A stretch of 64,000 nt of DNA, from positions 21,491-85,490 of the forward strand of contig QBYL01000003.1 of assembly GCA_003282835.1 (NCBI GenBank), given 5' to 3'. The stretch comes from Pelagibacteraceae bacterium AG-325-J13 (lineage in GTDB: Bacteria > Pseudomonadota > Alphaproteobacteria > Pelagibacterales > Pelagibacteraceae). The notes below the pieces were generated by a model. It ran no database searches. It was not told the DNA's origin and saw only the letters and a program-made list of their open reading frames with translations. Of the stretch, positions 39,579-52,219 are shown one piece after another. The translations under genes and the position numbers were made by a program. How positions within the stretch are numbered: position 1 is the stretch's first letter; each line of letters opens with the position of its first letter.

Positions 39579-40979
39579 TTAAAAATGAATTGGTCTTTTA
39601 TCAACAGCTAAAGCGGCTTCCTTAATTGCTTCTGTGTGTGTTGGATGTGCATGGCATGTTCTTGCGATATCCTCTGCACTAGCTCCGAATTCCATTGCTA
39701 AGGCCATTTCTGCTATCATGTCTCCACAATGCGGTCCAATAATATGTACACCTAAAACTTTGTCTGTACTACTATCAGCTAAAATTTTTACAAACCCCTC
39801 CGTTTCATTATTAACTTTTGCTCTAGAGTTAGCAAGAAAAGGAAACTTTCCAACTTTATAAGAAATCTTCCTTTCTTTAAGTTGTTCCTCAGTTTTTCCA
39901 ACTGTTGCTACTTCTGGTGATGTATAAATTACGCCTGGAATTACATCGTAGTTTACATGCCCAGCTTGTCCAGCTAATATTTCAGCAACAGCTATTCCTT
40001 CGTCCTCGGCTTTATGAGCTAACATCGGTCCTTTTATTACATCACCAATTGCATAAATATTATTAACTGATGTTTGCAGTTTATCATTAACTTCGATTCT
40101 TCCTTTATCGTCTTTTTTAATTCCTATTTTAGATAAATTTAAACCTTCAGTGTAAGGCTTTCTTCCTACCGAAACTAACACTTTATCAACTTCAATTTTG
40201 TTATCTGATGAGTTCTTTATATCAGTATAATTTATTAAAACTGAAGTACCTTTGTTGTCTACTGAATTTACTTTTGAGCCCAATTTAAATTTTATTCCCT
40301 GTTTAATTAATATTTTTTTAAATTCATCAGAAATCTCTCTATCCATGCCTGGCGTAATAAAATCTAGATATTCTATTACTGTTACATCTGACCCCAGTCT
40401 TGACCAAACTGATCCCATTTCTAAACCTATATAACCTCCACCTATTATAGCCAGTTTTTTTGGAACCTTATTTAAAGATAAAGCTCCTGTTGATGAAATT
40501 ATATTTTTTTCGTCTATCTTTATTCCCGGTAAAGAAGTCACTTCTGAACCTGTCGCTATTACAATATTTTTAGTCTTATAACTATTTTTTTTGTTATTGT
40601 CGTAGACTACTACGTCATTTTTAGAGAAAATTACTCCTTTTCCTTTTATGTAAGCTACTTTATTTTTTTTAAACAAAAATTCTACTCCTTTAGTTAAAAC
40701 TTGTATTGACTTATTCTTATTAGACATCATTTTTTCTATATTTAGTTTTATTCCATCAATTTCTATACCTTGATTATTAAAATCTTTTTTAGCTTTATGA
40801 AAATTTTCAGATAAATTAAGTAAACTCTTTGAAGGAATGCACCCAACATTAAGACAAGTTCCTCCTAAAGAACCTCTTGACTCAACACATGCTGTTTTTA
40901 AACCTAGTTGTGCTGCTCTAATAGCACAAACATATCCTCCCGGACCTCCACCAATTACTATTAAATCAAAATTATCCAT
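39579..40979 (-). CDS. lpdA: Dihydrolipoyl dehydrogenase (E3)
   Basis: GGTCLNVGCIPSK and HAHPT..E motifs. Confidence 0.97.
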   Translation of the reverse strand: MDNFDLIVIGGGPGGYVCAIRAAQLGLKTACVESRGSLGGTCLNVGCIPSKSLLNLSENFHKAKKDFNNQGIEIDGIKLNIEKMMSNKNKSIQVLTKGVEFLFKKNKVAYIKGKGVIFSKNDVVVYDNNKKNSYKTKNIVIATGSEVTSLPGIKIDEKNIISSTGALSLNKVPKKLAIIGGGYIGLEMGSVWSRLGSDVTVIEYLDFITPGMDREISDEFKKILIKQGIKFKLGSKVNSVDNKGTSVLINYTDIKNSSDNKIEVDKVLVSVGRKPYTEGLNLSKIGIKKDDKGRIEVNDKLQTSVNNIYAIGDVIKGPMLAHKAEDEGIAVAEILAGQAGHVNYDVIPGVIYTSPEVATVGKTEEQLKERKISYKVGKFPFLANSRAKVNNETEGFVKILADSSTDKVLGVHIIGPHCGDMIAEMALAMEFGASAEDIARTCHAHPTHTEAIKEAALAVDKRPIHF

Positions 40980-40981
40980 TT

Positions 40982-42304
40982 TTATATATTCAAAAATAAT
41001 CTCTTGGGTTGTTCGAGAGATTCTTTAACAATTTTTAAAAAGGAAACTGCTTCCTTTCCATCTACTATTCTATGATCGTAAGATAATGCTAAATACATAA
41101 TAGGTCTTATTTCAATATTTTCATCGACTATGACAGGTCTTTTCACTATATTGTGCATTCCTAATACTGCTGACTGAGGTGGATTTAAAATTGGGGTTGA
41201 GAGCATTGATCCATAAATCCCTCCATTAGTAATTGTGAAAGTGCCTCCTTGTAAATCATCAATTGTAATTTTGCCACTACGCGCTTTTTCTCCAAGTTTA
41301 CTGATATTATTTTCTATTTCTGCAAACGACATTTCATCAGTTTCTCTTAATACAGGTACTACTAACCCCCTGTCCGTACCGACAGCAATACTTATATTGT
41401 AATAGTTTTTATAGACAATTTCATCATCTTGAATCTCTGCGTTTATCGCTGGATAGTTTTTTAGTCCGATAACACAAGCTTTAACAAAAAAAGACATGAA
41501 ACCTAATTTTATTCCGTACCTCTTTATAAACTCCTCTTTGTATTGATTTTTCATTGACATCACTTCGCTCATATCGACTTCATTAAATGTTGTTAACATA
41601 GCGGCATTTTCTTGTGCTTCTTTTAATCTTTTTGCAATTGTTAATCTTAGCCTTGTCATTTTTATTCTTTCCTCGGGACCGTGTTCAATTTTTCTTGTAG
41701 ATGGAGCTGGTTTAGATCCCATTAAACTCATAATATCTTCTTTTAGAATAATTCCATTCTTTCCAGTGCCCTTAATAGTATTAATATCTATATTAGACTC
41801 GGTTGCCATTTTTCTTGCAGCAGGAGAAACTAATTTTTCTTTTTTAGCTATGGTTGGTTTTTGTATCTCACTAACTTGCTCTACAACATTTTCTAGAATT
41901 AAAGTATCTTCCTCTTTAAGTTTAAGAGGTTTTTCTTTTTGTTTTATTTTTGGTTGTTTAAAAACTTCTTTTTGTGTTGTTTTAGACTGGTTATTTAAAA
42001 CCATTTTTTCTTGTTTCGGCGGTGAATATTCTTTTACTTCTCTAACCGTTTTTTCAGCAAGTTTGCTGGATCCATTGATTGTACCAAGCAATGCACCAAC
42101 ATTTACTGTTTGACCTTCTTTTACAGATATTTTTTCTAGAAAGCCACTTGAAGGAGAAGGAACTTCAACATTAACTTTGTCTGTTTCCAGCTCGACCAAT
42201 GGTTCGTCAGTTGAAACCTTATCGCCTTGATTTTTTAACCATTTTGAAACAGTTGCTTCGGTGACTGACTCTCCTAAAGTTGGAACTATTATTTTATCTG
42301 ACAT
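40982..42304 (-). CDS. sucB: 2-oxoglutarate dehydrogenase E2
   Basis: Lipoyl ETDKV and SYDHRIVDG motifs. Confidence 0.97.
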   Translation of the reverse strand: MSDKIIVPTLGESVTEATVSKWLKNQGDKVSTDEPLVELETDKVNVEVPSPSSGFLEKISVKEGQTVNVGALLGTINGSSKLAEKTVREVKEYSPPKQEKMVLNNQSKTTQKEVFKQPKIKQKEKPLKLKEEDTLILENVVEQVSEIQKPTIAKKEKLVSPAARKMATESNIDINTIKGTGKNGIILKEDIMSLMGSKPAPSTRKIEHGPEERIKMTRLRLTIAKRLKEAQENAAMLTTFNEVDMSEVMSMKNQYKEEFIKRYGIKLGFMSFFVKACVIGLKNYPAINAEIQDDEIVYKNYYNISIAVGTDRGLVVPVLRETDEMSFAEIENNISKLGEKARSGKITIDDLQGGTFTITNGGIYGSMLSTPILNPPQSAVLGMHNIVKRPVIVDENIEIRPIMYLALSYDHRIVDGKEAVSFLKIVKESLEQPKRLFLNI

Positions 42305-42307
42305 TTG

Positions 42308-45193
42308 CTATCTAAGTATCTTTTCTAATATTTCTTTTTGTTGTGCAAGATGTTTATTCATATTTCCGGTCGCAGTTGATGCTGAAGCATTTCTTCCCAC
42401 ATATTTAACCTTATCCTTCGTAAAGTATATGATTTCAAGGGTTCTATCTATATAATTTCTAACTGTATTCCAAGCACCCATATTTTTTGGCTCTTCTTGA
42501 CACCAAATAAATTCAGCTTTTTCATATTTTTTTAATAAATTTGCAAGTGTCTTTGCAGGAAAAGGGTATAATTGTTCTAACCGTATAAATACTAAATTAT
42601 TCTTTTTTGCCTTTTCTCTTGCCTCGATTAGATCGTAATAAATTTTTCCAGAACACATTACAACTTTTTTAATTTCATCATTGTTTTTTAATTTAATCAA
42701 TCCGTTTTTACTTTTATATGCATCATCATTTAATACTCGATGAAATGTATGATTTTCTGTAAAATCTTCTAGTTCAGAAACACATTTTTTATGCCTCAAA
42801 AGAGATTTGGGCGTCATGACAATTAGAGGTTTTCTAAAGTCTCTATGCATTTGCCTACGTAAAACATGAAAATAATTTGAGGGTGTTGTACAATTCACGA
42901 TTTGCATATTTTCTCCAGCGCATAATTGTAAAAATCTTTCCAATCTTGCTGAAGAATGCTCTGGACCTTGACCTTCGTAACCATGAGGTAATAGCATTAC
43001 AAGCCCACTTGCTCTTCCCCATTTAGACTCTCCTGAAGATATAAATTGATCGATAATTACTTGAGCGCCGTTAGCAAAATCACCAAACTGGGCCTCCCAA
43101 ATTACAAGCGTTTCTGGTTCTGATAAAGAATAACCAAATTCAAAACCTAAAACAGCTAATTCAGACAATAAGCTGTCAATAATTTCAAAATTTTTTTGAT
43201 TTTTCTCAATATTATTGACTGGAATGTATCTATCATGACTTTCTTGATCTCTAATAACTGCGTGTCGTTGACTAAAAGTACCTCTTCCAGAGTCTTGGCC
43301 TGACAATCTTACCGAAAAACCCTCTGTCAGCAAGGTCGCAAACGCTAAACTTTCTGATGTCGACCAATCAATTGGGTTGTTTTCTTTAAAATCAACAAAT
43401 CTATTATCAAATATTTTTTTTAATGTTTTATGTACATTTATATTTTTTGGTAATGTTGATATTTTTTTTCCAATCGTAATTATTTTTTTTCTACTAACTC
43501 CACTTTTACCCCTTTTGTCTTTTCCTAGCCCAGGTTTAAACCTTGACCAAGCACCCTCAAACCATTTTAGCTCTGATTTATATGATTTTGATAAATTTAA
43601 TTCTTTTTCTAAAAATTTTTTAAGGTTACTTTTATTATCCTCTAAATCTTTTAAACTTAACAATCCTTCATTTATAAGTTTTCCTCCATATATGCTCAAT
43701 GTAGATGGATGTTCTTTAATTTTTTTATACATTATTGGCTGTGTAAATGATGGTTCATCACCTTCATTATGTCCAAATCTTCTATAACAAACCATATCTA
43801 TTACAATATCTCTATTAAACTTTTGTCTGTACTCAGTTGCAATCTTAGCACAGTGGACTACTGCTTCGGGATCATCGCCATTTACATGAAGAATTGGTGC
43901 TTGGGCTGTTTTTGCAACATCTGAAGGATATGGTGAAGATCTGGCAAACCTCGGCGCAGTAGTAAAACCAATTTGATTATTAACTATTATATGAATAGTA
44001 CCACCAATATTATGGCCAGGTAAACCTGACATCGCAAAACATTCTGCTACGATTCCTTGTCCTGCAAATGCTGCATCGCCGTGCATTAAAACTGGAATAA
44101 CTTTTTTCCTAGACTTATCTTTATGAAAAAATTGTTTTGCTCTGACTTGTCCTAAAACTACTGGATTTACTGCTTCAAGGTGTGAGGGATTATCAGTCAA
44201 ACTTATATGCACGGAGTTTCCATCAAATTCTCTATTGGATGATGCGCCCAAATGATATTTTACATCACCTCCAAAATCTTTTTCAGCATTACTCCCTGTA
44301 CCGAAAAATTCACTGAATATAGCTTTATAGGGTTTTCCCATAACATTAGCTAATACATTTAGTCTTCCTCTATGAGGCATTCCTATTTTAATTTCTTTCG
44401 CACCTAAATTACCTCCACGTTTAATTATTTGCTCTAATGCAGGAATAAGAGACTCCCCTCCATCAAGACCGAATCTTTTAGTTCCTACAAATTTTACATG
44501 TAAATACTTTTCAAATCCCTCAGCTTCGATAATCTTATTTAAAATTGCTTTTTTACCATTTTCAGTAAATTCAATTTTTTTCTCTGGACCTTCTATTCTA
44601 TTTCTTATCCAGCTTTTTTCATCGGGGTCACCCATATGCATAAACTCATAACCTATCTTGGAACAGTAGGTTTTTTTCAATATTTTTAGTATTTGATTAA
44701 GGTCGCCATATTGAAGTCCTAGAACTCCATCTAGAAATATTTTTCTGTTATAATCTTTTTTACCAAATCCATAGGTTTCTGGCTGAAGTTCTGAATGCTC
44801 TCTTTTTTCTTGAAGTGATAAAGGATCCAAGTCAGCTATTAAATGTCCTCTAATTCTATATGCTCTAATTAACATTATAGCTCTAACGGAATCTTGAGTA
44901 GCTTGTTTAACTGATTGAAAATCTATTTCTTTAGAGGCATTGTTTTGTTTTTTATCTCCATTAGTTAGAAATATTTTTGAATCTTTTTTACCTGGAGACC
45001 AACTTGGTCCTTTTAAATCGTTATAAATTAATTTTTGTTCTTCACTTAATCCATCAAAAAATGCCTTCCAACTCTCAGGTAGTGACTCTGGGTCAGTTAA
45101 GTAATCAGAATAAAATTCGTTAATAAACTCGCTGTTGCTACCTATTAAAAAAGAAGTTTTTTTATAGTTAGTATTATTTTTTGAAGATGACAT
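42308..45193 (-). CDS. sucA: 2-oxoglutarate dehydrogenase E1
   Basis: GMPHRGRLN, HGDAAFAGQG and GQGPEHSSAR motifs. Confidence 0.98.
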   Translation of the reverse strand: MSSSKNNTNYKKTSFLIGSNSEFINEFYSDYLTDPESLPESWKAFFDGLSEEQKLIYNDLKGPSWSPGKKDSKIFLTNGDKKQNNASKEIDFQSVKQATQDSVRAIMLIRAYRIRGHLIADLDPLSLQEKREHSELQPETYGFGKKDYNRKIFLDGVLGLQYGDLNQILKILKKTYCSKIGYEFMHMGDPDEKSWIRNRIEGPEKKIEFTENGKKAILNKIIEAEGFEKYLHVKFVGTKRFGLDGGESLIPALEQIIKRGGNLGAKEIKIGMPHRGRLNVLANVMGKPYKAIFSEFFGTGSNAEKDFGGDVKYHLGASSNREFDGNSVHISLTDNPSHLEAVNPVVLGQVRAKQFFHKDKSRKKVIPVLMHGDAAFAGQGIVAECFAMSGLPGHNIGGTIHIIVNNQIGFTTAPRFARSSPYPSDVAKTAQAPILHVNGDDPEAVVHCAKIATEYRQKFNRDIVIDMVCYRRFGHNEGDEPSFTQPIMYKKIKEHPSTLSIYGGKLINEGLLSLKDLEDNKSNLKKFLEKELNLSKSYKSELKWFEGAWSRFKPGLGKDKRGKSGVSRKKIITIGKKISTLPKNINVHKTLKKIFDNRFVDFKENNPIDWSTSESLAFATLLTEGFSVRLSGQDSGRGTFSQRHAVIRDQESHDRYIPVNNIEKNQKNFEIIDSLLSELAVLGFEFGYSLSEPETLVIWEAQFGDFANGAQVIIDQFISSGESKWGRASGLVMLLPHGYEGQGPEHSSARLERFLQLCAGENMQIVNCTTPSNYFHVLRRQMHRDFRKPLIVMTPKSLLRHKKCVSELEDFTENHTFHRVLNDDAYKSKNGLIKLKNNDEIKKVVMCSGKIYYDLIEAREKAKKNNLVFIRLEQLYPFPAKTLANLLKKYEKAEFIWCQEEPKNMGAWNTVRNYIDRTLEIIYFTKDKVKYVGRNASASTATGNMNKHLAQQKEILEKILR

Positions 45194-45224
45194 TTTTAAT
45201 TATCTTAACATAAAAAGTAAAATT

Positions 45225-46100
45225 TTAACCATTAAGTTTTTGCAAAAGTGTCTTGCCAATATCAGCTGGAGATTTTGATATGGTAATACCTGCAGATTTC
45301 ATAATTTCTATTTTATCTTCTGCACCACCTTTTCCTCCTGATATTATTGCCCCGGCGTGACCCATTCTTCTCCCAGGAGGGGCAGTCAATCCAGCAATAA
45401 AACCTACCATGGGTTTTTTAATTTTGTTTTTTTTGAGAAATTGAGCAGCTTCCTCTTCTGCTGATCCTCCGATTTCCCCTATCATTACAATAGACTCAGT
45501 TTCATCATCTTGTAAAAAAAGTTCTAAACAATCAATAAAATTTGTTCCATTTATTGGATCTCCTCCTATCCCTATGCAAGTAGACTGACCCATCCCTGTT
45601 GCAGTTGTTTGAGCTACTGCCTCATAAGTAAGAGTGCCTGACCTTGAAATAATTCCTACTTTACCTTTTTTATGGATATTTCCTGGCATAATTCCAATTT
45701 TACACTCACCAGGTGTTATTATCCCTGGGCAGTTAGGTCCAATTAATCTTGATTGACTTTTTTTTAATTCGTTTTTCACTTTTAGCATGTCTACAACTGG
45801 AATGCCTTCGGTAATGCATACTATTAAAGCAATTTTAGCATTAATAGCTTCTATTATGGCTGCCGAAGCAAATTTTGGTGGAACATAAATCATAGAAGCG
45901 TTGGCTTGTGTTTTATCTTTTGCTTCTTTAACCGAGTTAAAAACAGGTAAATTTAAATGTGTTTGTCCGCCCTTTTTTGGAGTTACTCCACCAACTAGAT
46001 TAGTACCGTATTTGATAGCTTGCTCTGAATGGAAAGTTCCATGAGTTCCTGTAAAACCTTGACAAATAACTTTAGTATTTTTATTAACCAATACTGACAT
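45225..46100 (-). CDS. sucD: Succinyl-CoA synthetase alpha
   Basis: GPNCPG and RMGHAGA motifs. Confidence 0.98.
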   Translation of the reverse strand: MSVLVNKNTKVICQGFTGTHGTFHSEQAIKYGTNLVGGVTPKKGGQTHLNLPVFNSVKEAKDKTQANASMIYVPPKFASAAIIEAINAKIALIVCITEGIPVVDMLKVKNELKKSQSRLIGPNCPGIITPGECKIGIMPGNIHKKGKVGIISRSGTLTYEAVAQTTATGMGQSTCIGIGGDPINGTNFIDCLELFLQDDETESIVMIGEIGGSAEEEAAQFLKKNKIKKPMVGFIAGLTAPPGRRMGHAGAIISGGKGGAEDKIEIMKSAGITISKSPADIGKTLLQKLNG

Positions 46101-47261
46101 TTATTTAATTGCCTCGACAATCTTTTTTGCAGCATCATTTAAATCAAACGCTGACAGAATTTTCAATTCTGATTTATCTAAGATTTTTTTTCCTTCTTCA
46201 AAGTTTGTTCCAGCTAATCTTACAACCAAAGGTACGGAAATATTAGTTTCCTTAACTGCATCGATAACTCCTTGAGCAAGTATATCACAACGCATTATCC
46301 CCCCGAATATATTTATCAAAATACCCTTAACATTTTTGTCAGATAAAATTAATTTAAAAGCTGCAGTCACTTTTTCTTTTGATGCACCTCCACCTACATC
46401 TAAAAAATTAGCAGGCTCTTCGCCATAAAGTTTTATGATATCCATTGTTGCCATTGCTAAACCGGCACCATTAACCATGCACCCAATTGATCCATTTAGT
46501 TTAATATAAGCAAGATCATGCTTACTCGCCTCTATTTCTGTAGGATCTTCTTCATCTAAATCTCTTAATTTCAATATTTCTGGCTGCCTAAAGATTGCAT
46601 TGTCATCAAAATTCATTTTTGCATCTAAGCATATCAAATTGTCCTCTTTTGTAATAATTAAAGGATTGATTTCTACCAAACTGGCATCCTTCTTAATTGT
46701 AATAGCATACATTGCTTTAATTATATTATAAGCTTCATTTTTTTGACTTGCGCTAAAATCAAACGGAGAAATTATTTTGTCTAATTCATTTTGTGGTATA
46801 TCCGATCCTATTTCAATTTTAGTTGTAACAATTTTTTCAGGTGTTTCGTTCGCAACTTTTTCGATATCCATTCCTCCTTCTGTGCTGCTAATAAAAGCAA
46901 TTTTAGATGTTTCCCTATCAATTAAACATGATAAGTAAAATTCTCTTGCTATATTAGAAGCTTCCTCTACGTAAAGTTTTTTAACGACTTTTCCTTCAGG
47001 GCCTGTTTGATGGGTAACCAAAACTTTTCCCATCATTTTTTTTGCCTCTATTTCTAATTCTTTATAACTCTTGACAAGTTTTACACCTCCAGCTTTTCCT
47101 CTGCCGCCTGCATGTATTTGAGCTTTAACAACATACTTGTCACCTTTTAATTTGGATATCTCATCTTTTAAGGCGTCTAATGACAAAATTATTTGTCCTT
47201 TAGATACTGGCACCCCAAAATCCTTTAGAATTTGTTTAGCTTGATATTCGTGAATATTCAT
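46101..47261 (-). CDS. sucC: Succinyl-CoA synthetase beta
   Basis: [18 protein letters not shown] and [11 protein letters not shown] motifs. Confidence 0.98.
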   Translation of the reverse strand: MNIHEYQAKQILKDFGVPVSKGQIILSLDALKDEISKLKGDKYVVKAQIHAGGRGKAGGVKLVKSYKELEIEAKKMMGKVLVTHQTGPEGKVVKKLYVEEASNIAREFYLSCLIDRETSKIAFISSTEGGMDIEKVANETPEKIVTTKIEIGSDIPQNELDKIISPFDFSASQKNEAYNIIKAMYAITIKKDASLVEINPLIITKEDNLICLDAKMNFDDNAIFRQPEILKLRDLDEEDPTEIEASKHDLAYIKLNGSIGCMVNGAGLAMATMDIIKLYGEEPANFLDVGGGASKEKVTAAFKLILSDKNVKGILINIFGGIMRCDILAQGVIDAVKETNISVPLVVRLAGTNFEEGKKILDKSELKILSAFDLNDAAKKIVEAIK

Positions 47262-47266
47262 CTTTT

Positions 47267-48847
47267 TTATTTACAAGTAATCAATTCGTGCGAAGAAAAT
47301 CTTTTTTCTTCGAGGGTTTTACTTTTAAAGCAGACATTCGTAAAGTAATTTTTTATATTCTTCAACATCATTTCATTGTCATGACCTAATAGGTATATTA
47401 CTTGAATTTTATTTTTATCAACATTTTTTTGAACCATGCTTTTGTAAAATTCAAAATATTTGTGATTTTCAGTAGGATGCGTATTGTTATCCCACAAATA
47501 CCACCTATTCAAGATGTTTAGGTCTTCATCTAATATCGTGGATATAAATTGGTAATGGGTTATTAAAATTTTTTTTCTTTGATCATTTTTGATAACTACC
47601 AATGCATTTTTTATACTATCTATTTCATTTAAAGGGTCTAGATTTAATTTGTTAATCCATTTTAGCCCCTTTAAGTTTTTATCTATGGCCACAGCATCGA
47701 TTGCTTTACTTTTATCAATAGTTTCTAAATCATGAAATTTTCTATCAATATTATATCTAAAATGAAATTTAATTGATGCAAATAGAACAATAAAGATCAA
47801 CAGCCAAACTAACTTTGAAGATGGGTCAATTTTTGAAATGTTAAAATGTAATACTGCTGCTAATAGAGGGATCATGCTGAAAATATAGATCTGATTTGCA
47901 GTAAGTAACTGATTAAAAATGAAAGCAAAAGAACTTAGTATAATTATTAAATTAAAAGAATTGAGATATCCTTTGTTTTTTTTACGATATCTAATAGCAA
48001 CAAATATTAATGGAACTAAAAATGCATGTAAAAATTTAAAATCTCCTAAAATCCTTTTGATATTTAATTGATCTATTAATCCTAAATAAGCCATTTCGTT
48101 GCTACTAAATCTTCCTTCACCGATAGTTAAAGGAAAAAGAATGTACTGGTATAAGAAATTTATAAATGGTGTTTTAGTAAAGAATAAAAATAATATAAAT
48201 ATTAATATACTTAAAAATGCACCTAAAACAAAAAACTGTACATTCTTAAAATCAAAATGTTTAACAAAATGTTTTATAGATAAAAAAAATATAATAAGAA
48301 TAATATAAGCACTTGGTGTTTGCATTGACAAAAAAGCCATAAAACAAAATATTGGAATTAAAAACCAGCTTAAAAAGTTATTATTTTTTACTGCAATAAT
48401 GAAAATGAAAATTGAAATAAGTGAAAATATATAAGCATGTATATAGGCAAATGGGGTGCCTGAAACGGGATAACATAATGTTGCAAAACTAATTGTGTAA
48501 AAGATTGCAAATATTTTATTAAAATTAATTTTATTTAAGAAAATATAGAAGCTAAGTGATGCTACTATATTCATGAAAGAAGCATGTAAAACATAGCTGG
48601 CCCAGTTTTTTCCAAAAACAATTAAAAAGAAAGCTCCCATGTAATCAACGATAAGACCAGTAAAAATCCAAAAGTCCCTGATTGGCAATTTATTTTTTAA
48701 TATGCTAAATGCAGTATCAAAAAAACCAAAAGAATCGATTGGCATTACTCCAACTGCACTACTCAATCGATTTATATAATATGCATAAAAAATTATTCCT
48801 AATACAGTGATAAATTCTTTAAAATTACTTTTTTTTGTTAAAAACAT
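47267..48847 (-). CDS. Polytopic membrane protein, possibly a GT-C-fold glycosyltransferase or envelope-modifying enzyme
   Basis: About 12 TM helices, acidic first loop (PIDSFGFFD...LPIRDFW) and a soluble C-terminal domain; function is inferred. Confidence 0.55.
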   Translation of the reverse strand: MFLTKKSNFKEFITVLGIIFYAYYINRLSSAVGVMPIDSFGFFDTAFSILKNKLPIRDFWIFTGLIVDYMGAFFLIVFGKNWASYVLHASFMNIVASLSFYIFLNKINFNKIFAIFYTISFATLCYPVSGTPFAYIHAYIFSLISIFIFIIAVKNNNFLSWFLIPIFCFMAFLSMQTPSAYIILIIFFLSIKHFVKHFDFKNVQFFVLGAFLSILIFILFLFFTKTPFINFLYQYILFPLTIGEGRFSSNEMAYLGLIDQLNIKRILGDFKFLHAFLVPLIFVAIRYRKKNKGYLNSFNLIIILSSFAFIFNQLLTANQIYIFSMIPLLAAVLHFNISKIDPSSKLVWLLIFIVLFASIKFHFRYNIDRKFHDLETIDKSKAIDAVAIDKNLKGLKWINKLNLDPLNEIDSIKNALVVIKNDQRKKILITHYQFISTILDEDLNILNRWYLWDNNTHPTENHKYFEFYKSMVQKNVDKNKIQVIYLLGHDNEMMLKNIKNYFTNVCFKSKTLEEKRFSSHELITCK

Positions 48848-48923
48848 TGTATGAAAATTAATAACCTATAAATTATTTAAATGTACCACTAAATGTATTT
48901 GATTTATATATTTACTAAACTAT

Positions 48924-49733
48924 ATGTTAAAAATAAAAGAAAAAGTTCAATTTCCCAGAGATCAGAATAGAATGAAATCTATAGCAAATACTAAAATTGC
49001 TAGAGAAATATATTACTCATCAAGTTCAAATAATTTGAGATTTTTATTAAATAAAAGATTTGATTGGATGAATAATTTTATATCAGATAATCATATAGGC
49101 ATTGAGGTTGGTTCAGGTGCAGGTTTTTCAAAAGATTTTATTAGAAATAAGAACTTCAAATTAACAGATTTAGGTGATGAAGATCATTTAGATATTAAAA
49201 ATATTGATGCACAAAATACTGGTTTAGAGGATGAAAGTTTAGATTTTGTGATAGCTTCAAATATGATTCATCATATTCCTTACCCTATAAAATTTTTTAG
49301 AGAAACAAATAGAATTTTGAAAAAAGGTGGCAAACTAATAATTTTTGAATCATATTGTTCAATATTTTTCCAACTAGCTACAATTATAATGAAGCATGAA
49401 GGTTTTGATTTCACTTTAAATGTGTGGGATGAGAATATTCCAAAGAGTGATGAAAAAAACGCCTGGCATGGAAATATTGCTGTTCCTCATCTTATTTTTG
49501 ATGATAAAAATATATTTAATGACAAATTGGGAGAACTTTTTTCTATAGAGTATGAAAAACTTACTGAGTGTTTTGTCTTTATAAATTCCGGAGGAGTCAC
49601 GTCGAAAACGGCTCATGTGCCGATGAATAATTTTTTTTTAAATATTTTACATAGGATTGATAATATATTGGTGAAATTATTTCCTAAAATATTCTGTATG
49701 GGAAGAAGGTTGGTGCTAAAAAAAAATGATTAG
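48924..49733 (+). CDS. Class I SAM-dependent methyltransferase
   Basis: [24 protein letters not shown] and RILKKGG motifs. Confidence 0.85.
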   Translation: MLKIKEKVQFPRDQNRMKSIANTKIAREIYYSSSSNNLRFLLNKRFDWMNNFISDNHIGIEVGSGAGFSKDFIRNKNFKLTDLGDEDHLDIKNIDAQNTGLEDESLDFVIASNMIHHIPYPIKFFRETNRILKKGGKLIIFESYCSIFFQLATIIMKHEGFDFTLNVWDENIPKSDEKNAWHGNIAVPHLIFDDKNIFNDKLGELFSIEYEKLTECFVFINSGGVTSKTAHVPMNNFFLNILHRIDNILVKLFPKIFCMGRRLVLKKND

Positions 49734-50689
49734 ATTAGAGTTTTGTCAATTTTTTTTGCAGCATTAAATAATTCTCTCACTGACTCAATAGACTTATCGA
49801 AGTTTTCTTTTTCTTGGTCACTTAAATTTAGTTCTATGATTTTTTCAATTCCAGAAGAACCAATTATTACAGGAACACCCGCATATAAATCTTTAACCCC
49901 ATACTCCCCATTTAAGTGGACAGCACATGGAAGTTGTTTTTTTTGATCCTTCAAATAACTCTCTGCCATTTCTACGCCTGATGCAGCCGGAGCATAAAAC
50001 GCTGATCCTTTTTCTAAGTATTTAACTATTTCTGCTCCTCCTTTTTTTGTTCTATCTACTATCTGATCGAGTCTATCTTTTTTTAATTTTCCTTGCTTCA
50101 CAAGTTCTCTTATTTTTACTCCATCTACTTCAGTATGATCAAGCATAGCTACCATACTGTCTCCGTGTCCTCCTAACACAAATGATTTTATTTTTTGAAC
50201 CGAAACCATCAGTTCTTGTGATAAAAAATAAATAAATCTTGAAGAGTCTAATATACCCGCCATTCCAACAACTTTTTTTTTTGGTAAACCTGAATATTTT
50301 TGTAATGCCATTACAATGACATCTAAGGGATTAGTGATACAAATTACAAAAGCATTAGGTGAAGTATTTTTTATACCGTCCGCTACTTGTTTAATAATTT
50401 TCAGATTTATTTCAAGCAAATCATCTCTTGTCATGCCAGGTTTTCTTGGAACACCTGCGGTAATAATTATTACATCTGAATTTTTAGTATCATCATAATT
50501 ATCTGTTCCTAATAAATTAACATTGAAACCATTCACTGGTGAAGATTGAGCTATATCCAATGCCTTTCCTTTAGCAATTCCTGCAGCAACATCAAACAAA
50601 ACAACATCTGCTAATTCTTTTAATGCTATCAAGTGAGCTAGGGTACCCCCAATTTGTCCAGCCCCAATAAGTGTAATTTTTTTTTTCAT
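49730..50689 (-). CDS. mdh: Malate dehydrogenase (LDH-like)
   Basis: [18 protein letters not shown] and GGHGD motifs. Confidence 0.97.
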   Translation of the reverse strand: MKKKITLIGAGQIGGTLAHLIALKELADVVLFDVAAGIAKGKALDIAQSSPVNGFNVNLLGTDNYDDTKNSDVIIITAGVPRKPGMTRDDLLEINLKIIKQVADGIKNTSPNAFVICITNPLDVIVMALQKYSGLPKKKVVGMAGILDSSRFIYFLSQELMVSVQKIKSFVLGGHGDSMVAMLDHTEVDGVKIRELVKQGKLKKDRLDQIVDRTKKGGAEIVKYLEKGSAFYAPAASGVEMAESYLKDQKKQLPCAVHLNGEYGVKDLYAGVPVIIGSSGIEKIIELNLSDQEKENFDKSIESVRELFNAAKKIDKTLI

Positions 50690-50702
50690 TTTTTCCTTTT
50701 TG

Positions 50703-52196
50703 TTATTTCATCGTTGGCATCACAAATTCAGGGTCGGTCCTTAAACCAGAAGGCCATCTTGAAGTAACAGTTTTTAGTTTTGTATAAAATCGCACTCCTT
50801 CAGGACCATGCATATGCTGATCTCCAAATAAAGACCTTTTCCAACCTCCAAAACTGTGAAAGGCCATAGGAACCGGAATAGGTATATTAATACCTACCAT
50901 CCCTATCTTTGCTTTATTTGAAAATGTTCTTCCTGAGTCCCCGTCTCTGGTAAAGATACTTACTCCATTACCAAACTCATGGTCATTAACTAGATTTAGC
51001 GCCTCATCAAAATCTTTTGCTCTTATGACGGATAATACAGGTCCAAAAATTTCTTCTTTGTAAATTTTCATATCTTTTTTAACATGATCAAATAAACATC
51101 CTCCTATATAATAACCATTTTCATATCCCTGCAATTTGAAATTTCTTCCGTCAACAATTAATTTTGCACCTTCCTTTTCACCAATATCGACATAATTTTT
51201 TACTTTAGCTAGATGCTCTTTTGTAACTAATGGTCCCATTTCTGATTGTTTATCCATACCAGGACCAACTTTCAATGTTTCAACTTTTTTGGCAAGTGAT
51301 TTTACTAAACTGTCTCCAATTCCTCCTACAGCAACAGCAACCGATTGAGCCATACATCTTTCGCCTGCTGAACCATACGCAGCTCCCATCAATCCATTAA
51401 CAGCTTGATCTAAATCACAATCTGGCATTACTACACAATGATTTTTGGCACCTCCCAAAGCTTGAACTCTTTTTTCATTTTTTGCACAATTTTCATAAAT
51501 ATATTTAGCTATTGGGGTAGATCCTACAAAGCTCATCGCAACAACATCTTTATTATTGATTAGAGCGTCTACTGCTTCTTTATCACCGTTAACAACATTA
51601 AAAACTCCATCTGGTAAACCTGCCTCTTTTAAAAGTTCAGCTAGCATCATCGAACATGATGGGTCTTTTTCTGATGGTTTTAAAACAAACGTATTACCAC
51701 ATGCAATAGCCATAGGAAACATCCACATAGGAACCATCGCTGGAAAATTGAAAGGCGTAATCCCTGCGCAAACTCCTAAAGGTTGGCGTATAGACCAACT
51801 GTCTACATTAGATCCAACATTTTCTGTAAATTCTCCTTTAAGCATTTGTGGAATACCACAAGCAAATTCGACGACTTCTAATCCTCTTGTTAAAGATCCT
51901 TTGGCATCCTCGTATACTTTTCCATGCTCTGATACAATAATTTTTGTTAACGCGTCAGAATTTTTTTCTACCAGATCTTTAAATTTAAACATTATTCTTG
52001 CTCTATGAAGGGGGGGTTTATTGGACCATTCCCAAAACATCTTTTGAGCGTTTGATACTGCTTCATTAACGTCTTTTGTGCTCGCAAGCCTTACTTCAGC
52101 ACTTTGTTCACCAGTAGCAGGATTGAAAACTTTTCCAGTTCTTTTTGAGTCTCCGCTAAATAATTTGCCATCAACAAAGTGTTCAATAGTTTTCAT
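50703..52196 (-). CDS. mmsA: CoA-acylating methylmalonate/malonate-semialdehyde dehydrogenase
   Basis: [23 protein letters not shown] and EEIFGP motifs. Confidence 0.94.
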   Translation of the reverse strand: MKTIEHFVDGKLFSGDSKRTGKVFNPATGEQSAEVRLASTKDVNEAVSNAQKMFWEWSNKPPLHRARIMFKFKDLVEKNSDALTKIIVSEHGKVYEDAKGSLTRGLEVVEFACGIPQMLKGEFTENVGSNVDSWSIRQPLGVCAGITPFNFPAMVPMWMFPMAIACGNTFVLKPSEKDPSCSMMLAELLKEAGLPDGVFNVVNGDKEAVDALINNKDVVAMSFVGSTPIAKYIYENCAKNEKRVQALGGAKNHCVVMPDCDLDQAVNGLMGAAYGSAGERCMAQSVAVAVGGIGDSLVKSLAKKVETLKVGPGMDKQSEMGPLVTKEHLAKVKNYVDIGEKEGAKLIVDGRNFKLQGYENGYYIGGCLFDHVKKDMKIYKEEIFGPVLSVIRAKDFDEALNLVNDHEFGNGVSIFTRDGDSGRTFSNKAKIGMVGINIPIPVPMAFHSFGGWKRSLFGDQHMHGPEGVRFYTKLKTVTSRWPSGLRTDPEFVMPTMK

Positions 52197-52219
52197 GAAG
52201 ATATTGAATAAATAAGCTT

